Of a stretch of 64,000 bases of DNA, positions 26,018 to 41,829 are shown in pieces. The first letter of the stretch is position 1. The number at the start of each line of letters is the position of its first letter. The translations under genes and the position numbers were made by a program. Where the stretch lies: the NCBI RefSeq assembly GCF_964204645.1, contig NC_134028.1:5580001-5644000 (forward strand), written 5' to 3'. The notes under the pieces were generated by a model that ran no database searches, was not told the origin of the DNA, and worked only from the letters and a program-made list of their open reading frames with translations. This DNA comes from Tubulanus polymorphus (lineage: Eukaryota; Animalia; Nemertea).

Positions 26018-26116
26018 CGACCGCCGATCACGCAACTATATCTGTACTTCGATTTCCGATTTTGAAAAAACCGCCGTTTCGCTCCCGGCAGGTGTGGTAG
26101 GTTTGTAAGGGACACC
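26018..26116 (+). mobile_element. Short dispersed repeat, copy 2 of 4 (3'-truncated)
   Basis: CGACCGCCGATCACGCAACTATATCTGTACTTCGATTTCCGA...CGCTCCCGGCAGGTGTGG...GGGACACC. Confidence 0.8.
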
Positions 26117-26624
26117 AACTCAAACGAGAGCTTGAGGTCAACAAATCATCAGAAATCTGCTGATTAGAGAACAGCGCACAGAAGGGGCCGATTCGAATGA
26201 AACTCAAGAACCAACCAACTTAGGAGATCCGATAATGAACACAGCAATCATAGAAGGTACAACTTGAATTGAATTCATCAACTACCATGGAAGAGTCCAA
26301 CGAATTTAACTCATGAACCAACTTAGACAATCCTAGCCGATACTCGGCAATCTTGAAAGGTAAGTTGATTCACATGGGAATTATTATGATTAATGTTATA
26401 TGAAATATTGTGTGAATACAGGATATTGTCTTTAACTCTTTTCAGCTGAATCACATCTATGAGAAAAAGCCCATACTAAGATCAACTAACCATCTAGAAT
26501 CTACTGATTAAAACAGTCAGCAGAATGAATCCAACTTGAATTTAACTGCTGAAGTCTAGATGAGAAATTCGGCCAGCATCGGTTTATCGCTCAATGATGG
26601 ATTTCTTCTACAATTGGTGGAGCT

Positions 26625-27118
26625 GAGACATTGCGTCTCTCATTACAATTATTCAGGAGCAGCAGAGACAATGCGTGTCTTATAAACACTTATTCAGGAG
26701 CAGCAAAGACAATGCGTATCTTATAAACACTTATTCAGGAGCAGCAGAGACAATGCGTATCTTATAAACACTTATTCAGGAGCAGCAGAGACAATGCGTG
26801 TCTTATAAACACTTATTCAGGAGCAGCAGAGACATTGCGTATCTTATAAACACTTATTCAGGAGCAGCAGAGACAATGCATGTCTTATAAAAACACTTAT
26901 TCAGGAGCAGCAGAGACAATGCGTATCTTATAAACACTTATTCAGGAGCAGCAGAGACAATGCGTATCTTATAAACACTTATTCAGGAGCAGCAGAGACA
27001 ATGCGTGTCTTATAAACACTTATTCAGGAGCAGCAGAGACAATGCGTATCTTATAAACACTTATTCAGGAGCAGCAGAGACATTGCGTATCTTATAAACA
27101 CTTATTCAGGAGCAGCAA
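26625..27118. repeat. 41-bp minisatellite, about 12 near-identical copies
   Basis: Head-to-tail units of CACTTATTCAGGAGCAGCAGAGACAATGCGTATCTTATAAA with no spacers. Confidence 0.95.
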
Positions 27119-30100
27119 CGACAGTAGAATATGTGAAGTATTGATTGATTTTACGTATCACCTTTTTACAAATCAGTCTGATGTGTAACATGAGTTTACA
27201 AAATTCACTGTCTATTTGAAGGGGCGGAATAAACTAAAGAATAGTTGTTGAAATGTTGATTATTAAGATTAGGTAATTTGGGCTCTGGGCCTGAGAAGGA
27301 ACTATTCATGTTTGAATATTTCAATAAAATGGCATCCTCCTGATTCTTTATACTGATTAGGCAAACTGTTTAGATTTGTTAAACAGATGAGTCATTTAAG
27401 TCCTTAAAGTTCCTTCTTGGAGTCTCATAAAATTTACGCTCCATTAATTCATGGTATTGATCGCGTTCAGCGTCTCAGTTTGACTCGTATGTCGGTTGAA
27501 ATACACGTAAATTGAGATATAATATCGACAGGATAGTTCAGATAAGCTTCATACTTTAGTTAAACATAGCTTTGCTTAATTTGTCATAATCATATAGTTC
27601 ATAGAATGAATTACTCTCTTAGTCTTTATTCGATTATTAATATTAGAAATAGTGATTCATTTTATATTTTATTGAGTGAAAATGATTTGCATAGCCTAAA
27701 TGTTCAAAAGGGAGAGCGTAGTCAGTTAAACAGTTGCAACTTTTAAACGCAATAAAGGATGTTGGAACGTTATTAGTTTGATCTCTTGAACTTGATTTTG
27801 ATCGTTTTAATTTTGTTTATAGCTGTTTTAACTTCTTTCATTGTCATCCATATCATAAGGTTGAGTGGCTTTCATAATCGGGGTGTTCGATAATAAACTA
27901 TTATTTAGGCGTAGCAGTGAATTTGTAGCACTTTTTTTAAGTGAGCCCATAATTTCACCGATAAAAAATTCCTGATGATGTAGATTGTAATAAATAGTAC
28001 AAAATACATAGAACATAATTAAGAAAAATACATTTAAAAAAAACAATTAATAAAAAAATACATATAAAAAAACAAATTAAATTATAAGTAATACAAATAA
28101 ACGAAACCAACAAACAATTAGTAAATACTCTATATAGGGCCTTCATCATCAGGCATTTTTTCTAATCAACTTAATCCAATTATTAAAGGTTCTTCTTTCA
28201 TAGAACAACCTTCTCCGTGTTTCCCAACCTCTTTAGATCCTTTCTGTTGTTGTTTTAAGCATTCTATCGGCTCAGTAATAAACAAAACAAATAACCATAA
28301 ACCTTAACTAAATCAAACACACTAAGAAATATCTGTTTCGATAGAATGCTTCAAATAACTGATGAAAGATCATGCGTCTATTTACCTATATATCACACCC
28401 TATCACTGCTGTAACTGTTAATCATTTTAGGGATAATATCTGAGAGATACATTTTACTCTTTTTAGAAAGAATGTTAAACAGCTATACACGTGATTAGTT
28501 ATCGATAGTAAAATTATTGTCATGTTTTCCCTGAAATAACGTTGTATCAAATGAGCGAACTGATAATGTTTGAAAATCTCAGGCAAAGTTAGAAAAACTC
28601 TAGTTATCTTGTAAAACTAGTTTTCTTGGAAAATAATTCTAATGAAAATGAAAATAAAGTTTGATTAGGTAATCTCAAGCTTTGCAGAGTTAATCTTTTG
28701 GTTTTATCTCTGATTTTAATGCTTTTATGTTGAACTGTTTTTTTTTTCAAATACAGTTCACCCATTGGTTAACGAAGAACTGATAATTCCTCGAATACAA
28801 AGCAAAGTTTGCAAAATTTCAGTTTTCTTGTAAAAATAATGTTAATGAAATGAAATTAGAGATTGATTATTTGAATGAATTTGTGATTTTATGTCCAGCT
28901 TTAATGTTTATATGCTGGAGATATGTTTTGCAGTTTTTTGTATAAACAGAAATCTTTCTCACATTGTCATTTGCTCTATAGTTGATATGATAGAATGCTT
29001 CATATTTCATGAAATAATCAAGTGTCACTTATGCCCGGTGACATCGTGAAATGTCAAATTAATAGTGTTAGACATTCAGACTAGTCCCAATTGTTGGTGT
29101 TTTATGGATCAATGTTTACAATTCTTTGTGTAATTTTGTTATTTTTCTATTGATTCAAATTGTATGAATCAGTTGCAGTGGAAATTTGAATAAAAACTTT
29201 GAAATACATTGCATGATATGTGATATTAAAAGCTAGTAATTTTATTATTGAATAATCTAAGTCATTATTATAAGGCTAAAAATCATATCTTGTTTTTCCT
29301 GATCGATCGGGTCATTTCATAAATCAATGAAATTTGTTAATTTCTATCTGCCGGGTCTGTTATGGTTAGCTTGATCATGATTTTAAAGTAATACCTTGGT
29401 AGATAGGTGGCCAGCCGGGTCAAATTTTAAAGAGTAAAAATGTAAATCAGATTGATTCATTAAATCTTACGCTTTCCAGAGTATTTGGCCAGGTTTACCT
29501 CTGGTTTTAGTGCGGGGAGCCATGGACTCAAACAGTTTAGAGTTCATGGTTGTGGGCCATAGACGTTTCTGTTTTAGAGTCTATGGTTGGACCATGGATG
29601 TATAAACTCTAGTTTATAGTTTATACGTCCATGGTTGGACTGTTTTTGAAATACAGCCCACGTGTTTGAGGAGCTTACGTTATAATTCCTCGAGCACAAA
29701 CCTGGCATTTTGTATAATTGTTGTACACTGTATGAGATTAAATATGATTGAAATTCTTTATCTGTTTAGCTACTCTGAACTTTGTTAGTTCACCAGTCAG
29801 TGGTTTTTTGTTATCTTGCAATCCACCTCTTTTTTCAACCCAATATTCCCACCAACATTGTGCGGAGACGAGGATGTCCGGAAAACATAATAATCGAATA
29901 TTGGCAATACAGCTTACCACTTCAACCCGGACACACTAACACTTGTTGACCGGTTAGAAGCGAGTGTTGAGCTGCCGAAGAGTAATTACGAAATTAGCAA
30001 TCTTTTTGATTGTCACTATAGCCATCAGGGGCGGATCCAGATCGTATTGCCCAATACATTGTTTGTACGGTCTAAAATTTAAGTGCCCTTCGGCAATATT

Positions 30101-30337
30101 TTGTGACGGCATATATATTTCACCACCCGCTAATTTGATAGTTCCACTGATGATCAGTTTGATTTTTATATACAGAAGCAGAGTCCTGAATAGTTAACTT
30201 GCACCCAGTATCCTTCTTTTGGTGTTAACATTACATGATTAATTACATGAGATTTGTGTTTCTCCCGTAAAAATCATTGTTTTTGTTTTTCTTCATGCTT
30301 TCGGTAAATGTAGCCGATGACCTGCTGATCGTCTCTA

Positions 30338-30760
30338 AGGTTCGAACCCAGTAATTACTGATACTGGTTCAGAGTGGTCCTGATGCTGAATAGAGGATGC
30401 ACAGGGGTGTCCCGGGTTCAAACCCAGTAATTACTGATACTGTTTGAGAGTGGGCCTGATGCTGGATAGAGGATGCACGGGGTGTCTCGGGTTCAAACCC
30501 AGTAATTACTGATACTGATTCAGAGTGGCCCTGATGCTGAATGGAGGATGTACCGGGGTTTCCCGGGTTCGAACCCAGTAATTACTGATGCTGATTCAGA
30601 GTGGTCCTGATGCTGAATAGAGGATGTACGGGGGTGTCCCGGGTTCAAACCCAGTAATTACTGATACTGATTCAGAGTGGTACTGATGCTGAATAGAGGA
30701 TGTACAGGGGTATCCCGTGTCCAAACCCATCAATTGCTGTGATTCAGAGTGGTCCTGATG
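30338..30760 (+). repeat. Tandem array of tRNA-derived units (about 76 bp, about 5.5 copies)
   Basis: Each unit has an A-box-like TGRTTCAGAGTGG and a B-box GGGTTCRAACCC. The period is 75-76 bp. Confidence 0.75.
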
Positions 30761-31272
30761 GATCGGGTTATCGAGCTGCTCGCGTAATTTTTACTTGTCC
30801 TATCCAAAGAAAAATGCTTAGTCTACGTCAGATATTGCACACGGATTCTAGCAAACTTTCAATGTAACTAACCGATCGTTCATCGAATTTCGTATCAGAC
30901 GAGTGCCGTGCGCCCGACAATAGGTTTTTGGTTTCTCTCAGTGATTCAAGATGTTCTGTTCCAACGGTCACGAAATATCGAAAAAGTTTCGGAAGATGAT
31001 TTTTATTTGAGACAGATTGTAACACGATTTTTGACTTGATAACGATAAAGATAAAATCGACGATTAGAAATGATGAGAAATTAGCAGTAAAGTTTCATTC
31101 GGCTTGAACACGGTGTTTGCATGCAACTCCACCGCATCTCCACATTGCTTTTCTAGCTTTCGATGAATCTTCTGAAAACAAAAACAGCGAAACTTTATTT
31201 GTAAAATATAACATAAAATGTTAAAAATGGCTTCTTTTCCAAACTCGGTTGTCCCACGGTTCTACCTAATCT

Positions 31273-32181
31273 TTATGTACACATTTCTGAAGTCAATAAT
31301 CCAGATTCTTGAAGATATGTGCAGACATCTTTACGGCCTCGTAATTTGGCAAATGTAAAGACCGAAAAGCCCTTGTTGCTTTTAGTATTCATATTTGCGT
31401 TGCCGATTTCTAAGAGGTATTTACATATGGCTACGTAACCGTTGCCAGCAGCGTGGTGTAACGGGGTGCAACCTGAATTAGAAAAGAATTTTTTTAAACA
31501 TGGTCAAAATAATGACTGCTTGACTAAATATTGGCTAGTTCTGTATCGAGAAATGAGAAATGTTACATTATTCATTGTTGAAAATATTTAGCGCAATAAA
31601 AATCTGTAATTTTAATTTTAAAGGCGTCAATAAACGCTCAAGTTAGTTGTCTCGTTGAATATTGGTTAGTTGTGTATCGAGAAATAATCTGCTTACCTGA
31701 TATATCAGTACTGTTAACATCAGCACCTCCTTCAACGAGATAAATCACACACGCTAGCTGGCCATTCATGGCCGCTTTATGAAGTGGCGTATGACCAAAA
31801 CGATTACGTTCGTCTAAACACTGCAATTCAACATAAGAAAATAATCATGCAATGCGATACTGTTGTTTATCGACGACTTGTTCGTTTAGAAATCAGAATA
31901 ATTTTGATAGAGTATTCGTTGTGAATATAATAGTTTAACATCATCAGAAATACTTCCAGACCCCATCGATTTTTACCTCGCCAAAGCTTTCTATCAATTT
32001 CCTCAGAGCAGAAAGATCGCCACAAAACGCTGGAATCCATGGAAGAAAGATATGATTTCATTTAAAATGTGTACAGTATAACAATGTAGTATGTACGGAA
32101 TATAGCAGTTTATGTGAGACCAAATTATAATTGAGAACACGGCAGCCTTTGATAAACGATACCTGCTTCATGTAAATCCAT
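31273..32181 (-). CDS. Small ankyrin-repeat protein, about 131 aa, 4 coding exons (32181-32163, 32029-31977, 31820-31697, 31472-31273)
   Basis: Spliced protein reads MDLHEAAFCGDLSALRKLIESFGECLDERNRFGHTPLHKAAMNGQLACVIYLVEGGADVNSTDISGCTPLHHAAGNGYVAICKYLLE...; all intron phases are compatible. Confidence 0.85.
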
Positions 32182-33128
32182 TTCTACTGCTTCTTATGGC
32201 TCTTAGTAGAGACTACGAGCAATTATCTAACCATAATTGCTCGTAGGTAGAGAAATGAACTCGAGTCTCATTCATATTTTAGCAGCTCATTCACACATAT
32301 AACCGCTTCCATAAATGGACATATAGCGCTCGACACAGTTGCGCTTGTCGCCATTAATTCACAATTAAGTTAATTTTAAAATATTACATATAATATGAGC
32401 TGAATATTGCGTATAACATGTACCGTATTGTCTCATGCCGGCTCAAAGGGCGTTGACAAATAAATGTCAATTAAATCCAGATAAACAGGATACGTCGCCG
32501 TGCCAACCGGTACTGATGATCATAACAGTTTTTGTGAGAATATAATGCAGTCATTTTCCTGGATTTCTTCTAACGTTTATATGCATTTCATATGGAATAA
32601 ATCCGAAAATATGTTTTACAATATCTGATATCTACAAACATTAAACCTTTTTTCAACTTCAATAATAAGGATAGTATTCTACCGCAATAATGTCTGCGTT
32701 AACATAAAAAAAGATCCCCACAACAAAGATGTATCTAAAAATTGATCCGCGTACTAGATGGTAGGAGCCTCAAACGATGATTCGCACGTAAAAGGGTTAA
32801 TTATAATATGAGTCTAATAATAGTTAGCTGTTGTACGCGTGTTAGAATAGCTCGTTTTTAGTATACCATAGTGCAGCCTTATATCTACAGCTTCAACAGC
32901 ACGAATCATATTCACAGATAAGAGTCTTTTCGCAAGGATCCAGAGGCTCGTCTAAATGTTTTCTGATATTTGAGGTAATGTAACGGTCACTGTGTTGCTA
33001 ATATGCATGAGTGAGTATACTGTGTATGCATGTTAAAGGAAACATTTGCGTTTTACGCGATTCTATTCTTTCTGGGTTTTCAATTGTAGAGTGACAATGG
33101 GACTGCATCACTGATAGAAATAGAAACA

Positions 33129-35993
33129 ATGTCGGGAAGAATAACAGTTTTAAGTCAACGATCAATAAACTACTTCAAAAGGTTTGTATTCAATTTGAAT
33201 ATGTCAATTCTGAAGTAAAAATTAGGTCATTTTAATTTTGCTTAGCTTAACCATTTAACAAATTATACATATTCGATTGACGGCTTGCGTACGGACGTAC
33301 ATACCAAGTCTCGGGTTCATCGATGTCTTCAATGTTTTAGATATTTCAGTTGGTTTGGGTCAGTTGATTAGGGTGGTTTTCAAGGTAACTTTGTTGTTGG
33401 CATTTTCAGTACTGGTCTGCAATCATCAGTGAACCGGTATACTCTAGATACACTGTCCTACGCTGTCGAAGCTCGGGATGAGGGATTGGCAAGTCAGATC
33501 TGTCGCCATAAACTACCTCAAATATGTATTTACCCCGGTGACGATACCTGGCAGCAGTCACCACTATACGAAGCAGTCAACACGGGACAAGATAAGATAG
33601 TAGAGATCGTATTGCGTAATGTGGATCTGAAAGGTCTTGAGAAATTGATGGGAAAGTGTTTAGTAACTGCGATTGGGCAGCGAAACCGGCATATAGTCGA
33701 ATTACTTGTCAAAAACGGTTGCGATGTTAACTACGAATATGATGGCGAGTCACCTTTAGCTAGAGCTTGTATGGGTGGCTATATCGATATGGCTGAGTTT
33801 ATCAAAGATAACGGAGGTTTGATTTTTGGAGACGATGTACTGAAGTCTGCCGCAGGTCGTGGGTACGAAAAGGCCGTGGAAAAGATCATCGAATGGTCGG
33901 AACCGAGTCGTCACGAGGTTCTGGCCGCTATAAGAGAGGCTTGTAAGAAGGGGCAATGTCGGGTTATAGAGACACTGGTGGACTACTGTAAACCGTTTCC
34001 GGACGTGTCTGAAACTCTGCAGTGCGCATTAGAGGCTGTACAAACCGAGAAATACGAAGCGGTGAAACTTATATTAAATACGTCTCTCGATCGAGTCCCA
34101 GAACACGACAAACGCGACGAAATATTCCGCGAACTGCTCCGTTTAGTCGCCTCGGACGACAGACTCGTCCCGGAAGTGTTGTTGCACTTTGCTGTAATAA
34201 TTGAAAATGAAGACGCGATCGCCTTTTGTTTGGAACACGATTTAGAGATCGTCGAATTAGTGTACGACCAGACGGCGTTGCATACGGCTGTAACTTGTAA
34301 ACAAGACAAAATAATCGCTCTTTTATTAGAATCGATAGATGATGTAGAATGTCCGGATAAAAAGGGTCGGACACCTTTGATTCTGGCGTGCGAGGTTGGT
34401 TGTAGTAAAGAGTCCGTACAGTTATTACTAGACCACGGCGCCCGCATCAATGCCGTTGATAAGGACCTGAAAACGGCTCTTATTTCGGCAAGTGCTGCCG
34501 GTCACATGGATCTAGTCGATCTTCTGATAGAGTCACGGGCAGATATCGACGCCCGGGATAGCAAATCGATGACAGCTGCGCATCACGCGGCAGGACGCAA
34601 CCGCGCGTACGTTATTCATGAGCTGGTCGAAGCTGGTGCTGATCTTACTCGGTTTAGCGATAAGAACAACCTGCCGTTGCATGAGGCATGTAGGGCAGGT
34701 GGGGATGAAATCGTGGAAATGATACTCGATCAATTGAAATCAGGTAAAACAGAATTCGACCTCGATGTTGGAAACGTGGACGGATCGACTGCGCTTTATT
34801 TGGCAAGTGACGCGGGTGATTTGGAATCCGTTAAAATGTTGATTTCGGCTGGAGTAGATGTGCTTGTTTTGGATAAGAGTGGCAGGACGGCCCTTCATGC
34901 GGGCAGCTGGAAAGAAGACCTGGTGACGATTCTTATCGACGCGGGAATCGATGTAAATAGCGTCGATTGCGACGGAGAAACTGCGCTTTACAAAGCGTGC
35001 CAATGCGACCCCGAAAAGCCGAACGTAATTCGTGAATTTATCCCAGGTGGCGCTGACGTGAATATGAAGACGAACAACGGCGAAACCGCGCTCATTGCCG
35101 CATGCAAAAACATATCCGTGGACACCGTGGGATTGTTACTGGAAGCGGAAGTGGATGTGAATTATCATGCAGACGCTGTCGACTGCGCGTTGATGGAGCT
35201 TTGTAAATATTCCGCCAGGGGTCTCTCCTTGCAGTCGTGCCAGAGGCCGCATCTGAGACAAACGAGGATTGCCCAATGGCTCATAGAACACGGGGTCGAT
35301 GTGGTAACCTGGGGCGAAGCGGCTCTCGAGGAAGCGTGTTTCACGGCGAATAATATCTCACTGCTAAAAGCCCTATTAGAAAGGCTACCCCAGATTGTAG
35401 TGGAGAAATGGCTCGAGACTGACCCCGTTTTTAGACTTCTCGAACGCAATTTATCACATAATTTCAGGCATAAAAGATACGCCGTCGTTTACACGGTTAA
35501 TGCTGTCACGCTTCTAGCGACAAGTGGCGCGAAATTCGATTTGAATAACGATCGAATCGTTGATTTATACGAATGGAACTTGTTCGTATCCGTGGTGATT
35601 TACAGTCTGGCGACTAAAAATACCAATAGAAATATCGAGAACGGAAAGATACCAGCAGAATTATTCAAGTCACTGATATCGAACTCGGATATATTTACGA
35701 TAGAGCTGTTGTTGGAAAGCGGGTTCGAAATCCCCAATAGCGATGACGCGTACGGCAGATGGAGAGGAAGTCACCTGACAACTGAATGTCCATCGTACGA
35801 TGTCAGTTTTCTAGATGATACCAGTGTACATCAGTCCCGTAATGCCAGAACTCTAAAGTCTATCTGTCGTGTTTATATACGCCGCTTTCTGGGTATACAG
35901 CAAACTGGGAACACGTTGATTGCTAAAATATTTGAACTTCCTTTACCAAATCAGTTAACTGATTATTTGACATTTGTGAAATTGCCGAGGTAA
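33129..35993 (+). CDS. Ankyrin-repeat and SOCS-box protein (ASB-like), exons 33129-33181 and 33410-35993, about 878 aa
   Basis: Many G-x-T-[AP]-L-x-x-A ankyrin repeats. C-terminal SOCS box RTLKSICRVYIRRFLG...IFELPLPNQLTDYLTF. An upstream ATG exon splices in frame. Confidence 0.9.
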
Positions 35994-36161
35994 GCAGTTA
36001 AGAGGTCTGAGTTAAGGATATAGAAAAAAAGTCAAGAAATGCACAGAAAAATTCAGACTTTGGATTTGAGAAAACTACAATTACTGTAAAAATCTATTGA
36101 ATTTATGAATTTTGTGTTTATTTTCATTATCATTGTGTACATAAGTATTACCGTGAATGAA

Positions 36162-38467
<2,306 letters not shown>

Positions 38468-38813
38468 TGTCACCGAATGCGGGATGACACGAGAACTGAA
38501 ACCTCAGCGCGTTAAGCGTACAACCAAAAACAGGTGTTTATGAGTTATCTAGCGGTGTATGACAGGAATTTAATGACTTCAATGATAACGACAACTAGAA
38601 TTAAAGCAAATACTGAAATTGTAACACGCCGATCGGTCCTCCCGATAAGGTCACAACTATTGAAAACAGGCGTATATACTCTCACATATACTTCATTTAA
38701 TGGTTCCGTTCAATCAATATGAACTTGGCGTAAATACAATCCTTTTTCTCCTCTTAGTTTTCCTCTTTGTTCTCCTCTTATTCAGACAAAACGACAAACA
38801 AATTGTTAAAATT

Positions 38814-41355
38814 TCATTTTTCAGTTTTTATTTTCTTTCGGCGGGATACAATATTTGCAGACGGACAAATGTTGACATTGAGACATTGCTGGCATTTGGG
38901 ATTGACGGGTAGACAAGTTTGTTGACCAAAACCAACTAACAGATGATTCACCTCTTCCCAGTATTCCCTGAAAAACACGAAAATTGGACGTTTAAAAACT
39001 GGAAATAACATCGGTTGATTGAACATCCAAGGGTGGCTCCAGACTGCTGATTCTTAAGGGAATTTGAATACATCGCGCTATTAAAAAGTTAGCATTAAGA
39101 TCTTCCCGTTGATATCACCTCAGGCTTTCAGAAAATTGTCTACGTAATTCAAGTTCATACGTTTGGAAGAAATAATCACTTATTCTGTCAAAATACTATT
39201 TATCCGTTTATAGTTTTTAAAAGTCATTAACGGATTTTTATCACATTTGATAAGCACAAATATCTGATTATTTTATCACTGCGAAATTCTGTGACAAGCA
39301 ATCATTGAATAACGGGCAGCAGAGAAAATACAATACGCAAAATGATTTGTCGACCATCATTTTATTCATCTAAAATTGGTGGCACTGAGTTCACTGCTCT
39401 ACAACACTTTATTAATAAAATTTATTCATAATAATTACAATTTCTTAAGTTATCAAGAAATGTTAAATAAAGTCCAACGTTACCTCGGTAACCAATCTTC
39501 GAGTGCTTTTTGCGTTTGTTCAGGCTGTTTTGTTTTAACCCAGCCGAGTCGGTTTGAGATTCGATGTACGTGAGTATCAACGCCTATTCCTGTTAATTGA
39601 CCCCAGGCTGACCTCATCACTAAATGTGCCATCTTAGGCCCGACACCTGAAAGTATAAATCTATGAATCACTGGCCAATCTCATCAATGAATAGTCCTGG
39701 TCGACATATCATAAATTGGTCAAAGAATATTTACCAGGAAGTTCACATAAAGTTTTCACAGTATCAGGAATATCACTGTTGTACTTGTCTTGAAGTATTT
39801 GCGTTGTTCGTTTGATGTACTGGACTTTTTTCTGCAAAAATAGGCATTTGTTATGATTATTAAACTAACTTCAGCAGCTGAGAAAAATTTTTCCTTTCAA
39901 ATCACAATCGATTTTGAACATGGTTCCGTTGCAATCAGTTGATTCAAATCAGTACTTCTAAGGATCTTTCTAAAAAATAGTGTACATGTATAACTTATAC
40001 GACAACGAGAAGTTTGACTTTCACGCAATAATTTCTTACATTCCAGAACCCGACAGGGTGGATCAGTCGACCAAGTTTATCATCCTTAGTTTTCAGTATA
40101 TTGGAAACGCTGCACCCGTGTTCGCGTAATCTGTACATCGCGGCTGCTGTCACTTGATCTTTAGTTTGACTCGATAACATCAGAGATAACAGAATCTGAT
40201 ATCTAAATTCCTACAAATAAACACATAACATCAATCGGAGTCTGAGGCGTTTGCCTTTTTGTGAAAATGTACCCAAATATTGGATAAGTCTAATACGGCA
40301 CCTGAGGTGAAGCCTCTCCGTCTCCTAGCTGATCACAACCCATCGAATCAACCGGTGCATCTTTGGCCTTGCGCATTTCTCTAATATTTACAAGCTGTTC
40401 ATGCCAAAATGTCGGCTCCCATTTGAGTTCCTTTTCGAATTGTTCTTCATCTATTTCTTGTTTAATTTCTATTACAGGTAGCTTATTGTCCGTTTCATAT
40501 TGAATGCTTGAATGCACCCTCTTAGTCTTAGATCCACTGTCTTCAGGATTTTCCTTTTTGACAGTAATCTTATTTTCTGGTTTGGCCGTGTCATCTGCCC
40601 GAGTTAAATTTTTCACTTTGCGGCCCAATTTTGAAGCTGGCGTTTCTGAGGAGGCATCAGGCGGTTTTTCAGTTTTGATAGACTGTACTTGAAGAATCTG
40701 AGAGGATCGCGTGACTCTTCTCCCTGATAAATGCATCGCTGGTCTTAATACTGTTGAAAACCTGCAAAACAAAACCTTGCATGAAGAGAAGTGGATTGCG
40801 TCAGATTCTGGGAATATCATCAGAAGTTTGTGTTCAGTATCAAAATCCAGTTAGGTATCCTTCCATGGCTTATGCCACCTGGATTTATTTTAAAAGAAAT
40901 GATGGCGCCTTTGAGAAAAATGTTGCACGTGCAAGAAATATATGATAGACATAGTGCGATAAGTGGAAGTGAAAGGCTTTTAAACTGAAGGAAACATGGC
41001 CCTATGATTTGAGAAAGTCGTGTAAAGTCGGTGTAGACCTATGCAGGAACAATCTCGATAAATGGCGTTGGTGCATCCAACATTTCACGACAGGGAAACA
41101 TGAGAGGGGGAAGAAATATAACTTAGGGCTGATGAATGGTTGCGTAAATTAGTTAGATTTTCGACAACTGCATAGATAATTCATAGGCTACGACGTGAGT
41201 GCACAGTAAGATGTCAGTTGAGTTAGAGCACAAGCGGTTAGCAAATACGGACACAAACATTACAGTCGTTCAAGTTCAAGCATTCATAGAATTGAAGGAA
41301 AAATGTGTAATTATTTACGATAAATTCGAAACACGATCCAGTATTCCACTCACAT
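38814..41355 (-). CDS. NTHL1: Endonuclease III-like DNA glycosylase/AP lyase
   Basis: [24 protein letters not shown], the HhH motif [26 protein letters not shown] and the 4Fe-4S motif [25 protein letters not shown]. The first ATG appears to be split by an intron (41355-41354 plus 40761). Confidence 0.95.
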
Positions 41356-41382
41356 GTCCTACAAATAGCGTTATATAACTAT

Positions 41383-41411
41383 ACCGGAAGTACCACGGGC
41401 GCCGCCATCTT
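41383..41411. promoter_or_regulatory. Bidirectional promoter core (NTHL1/PRPF31) with ETS and YY1 motifs
   Basis: ACCGGAAGT (ETS/GABP-like, 41383-41391) and GCCGCCATCTT (YY1, 41401-41411) lie between divergent starts less than 500 bp apart. Confidence 0.6.
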
Positions 41412-41829
41412 TGAATTTCGGCATTATTCAATTCAATTCAATTTAATTTGATGCCTTATAAGCTTATAAGAAGATTCACAAAGTAATTTCGCGCGGATAT
41501 AATCTTACTCGTAGGTATTTGAGATCCTCCGGAATATTTAGAATAAAGTAGTGGAGTTTGTCTTAGGCAATGTCTGAAGTGCAAAAGTAGTGTGAAAAAT
41601 AAAGTGTTTTTTGAGACCGTTTTAAAAGTTCAATTTAATCAATTCAAAATAACTTTATTGTTCCTAAATGTTACACATAAAGACATTTGGATTGACAGTT
41701 CATTATAGTAAACAGGTCAAACAAGAAACATGGAGTTATATCCATTGCAGTATAACGGAGCAATTTTGAAAGCATTTTCTTATCGTTTCAGTTTCAACTC
41801 TGTCCGGATTGAGAGAGATTTAAGCAGCC

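Noticed and set aside
26625-27118. Regular 41-bp repeats as a CRISPR array
   Set aside because: The units are contiguous and near-identical with no unique spacers, there are no cas genes, and the context is eukaryotic.
27828-28440. Possible Penelope GIY-YIG end with CCTGATGATG motifs
   Set aside because: No complete hammerhead core and no convincing protein motif; too degenerate to call.
30338-30760. A cluster of functional tRNA genes
   Set aside because: A/B-box-like motifs are present but I could not fold a cloverleaf, and there are no oligo-T terminators between units.
31867-32061. 64-aa ORF as the first exon of the small ankyrin gene
   Set aside because: The ankyrin-compatible exon lies in another frame (32029-31977) with proper splice sites.
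33530-35449. Several ORFs overlapping the ankyrin-SOCS gene
   Set aside because: These are shadow frames of a long, GC-richer coding exon.
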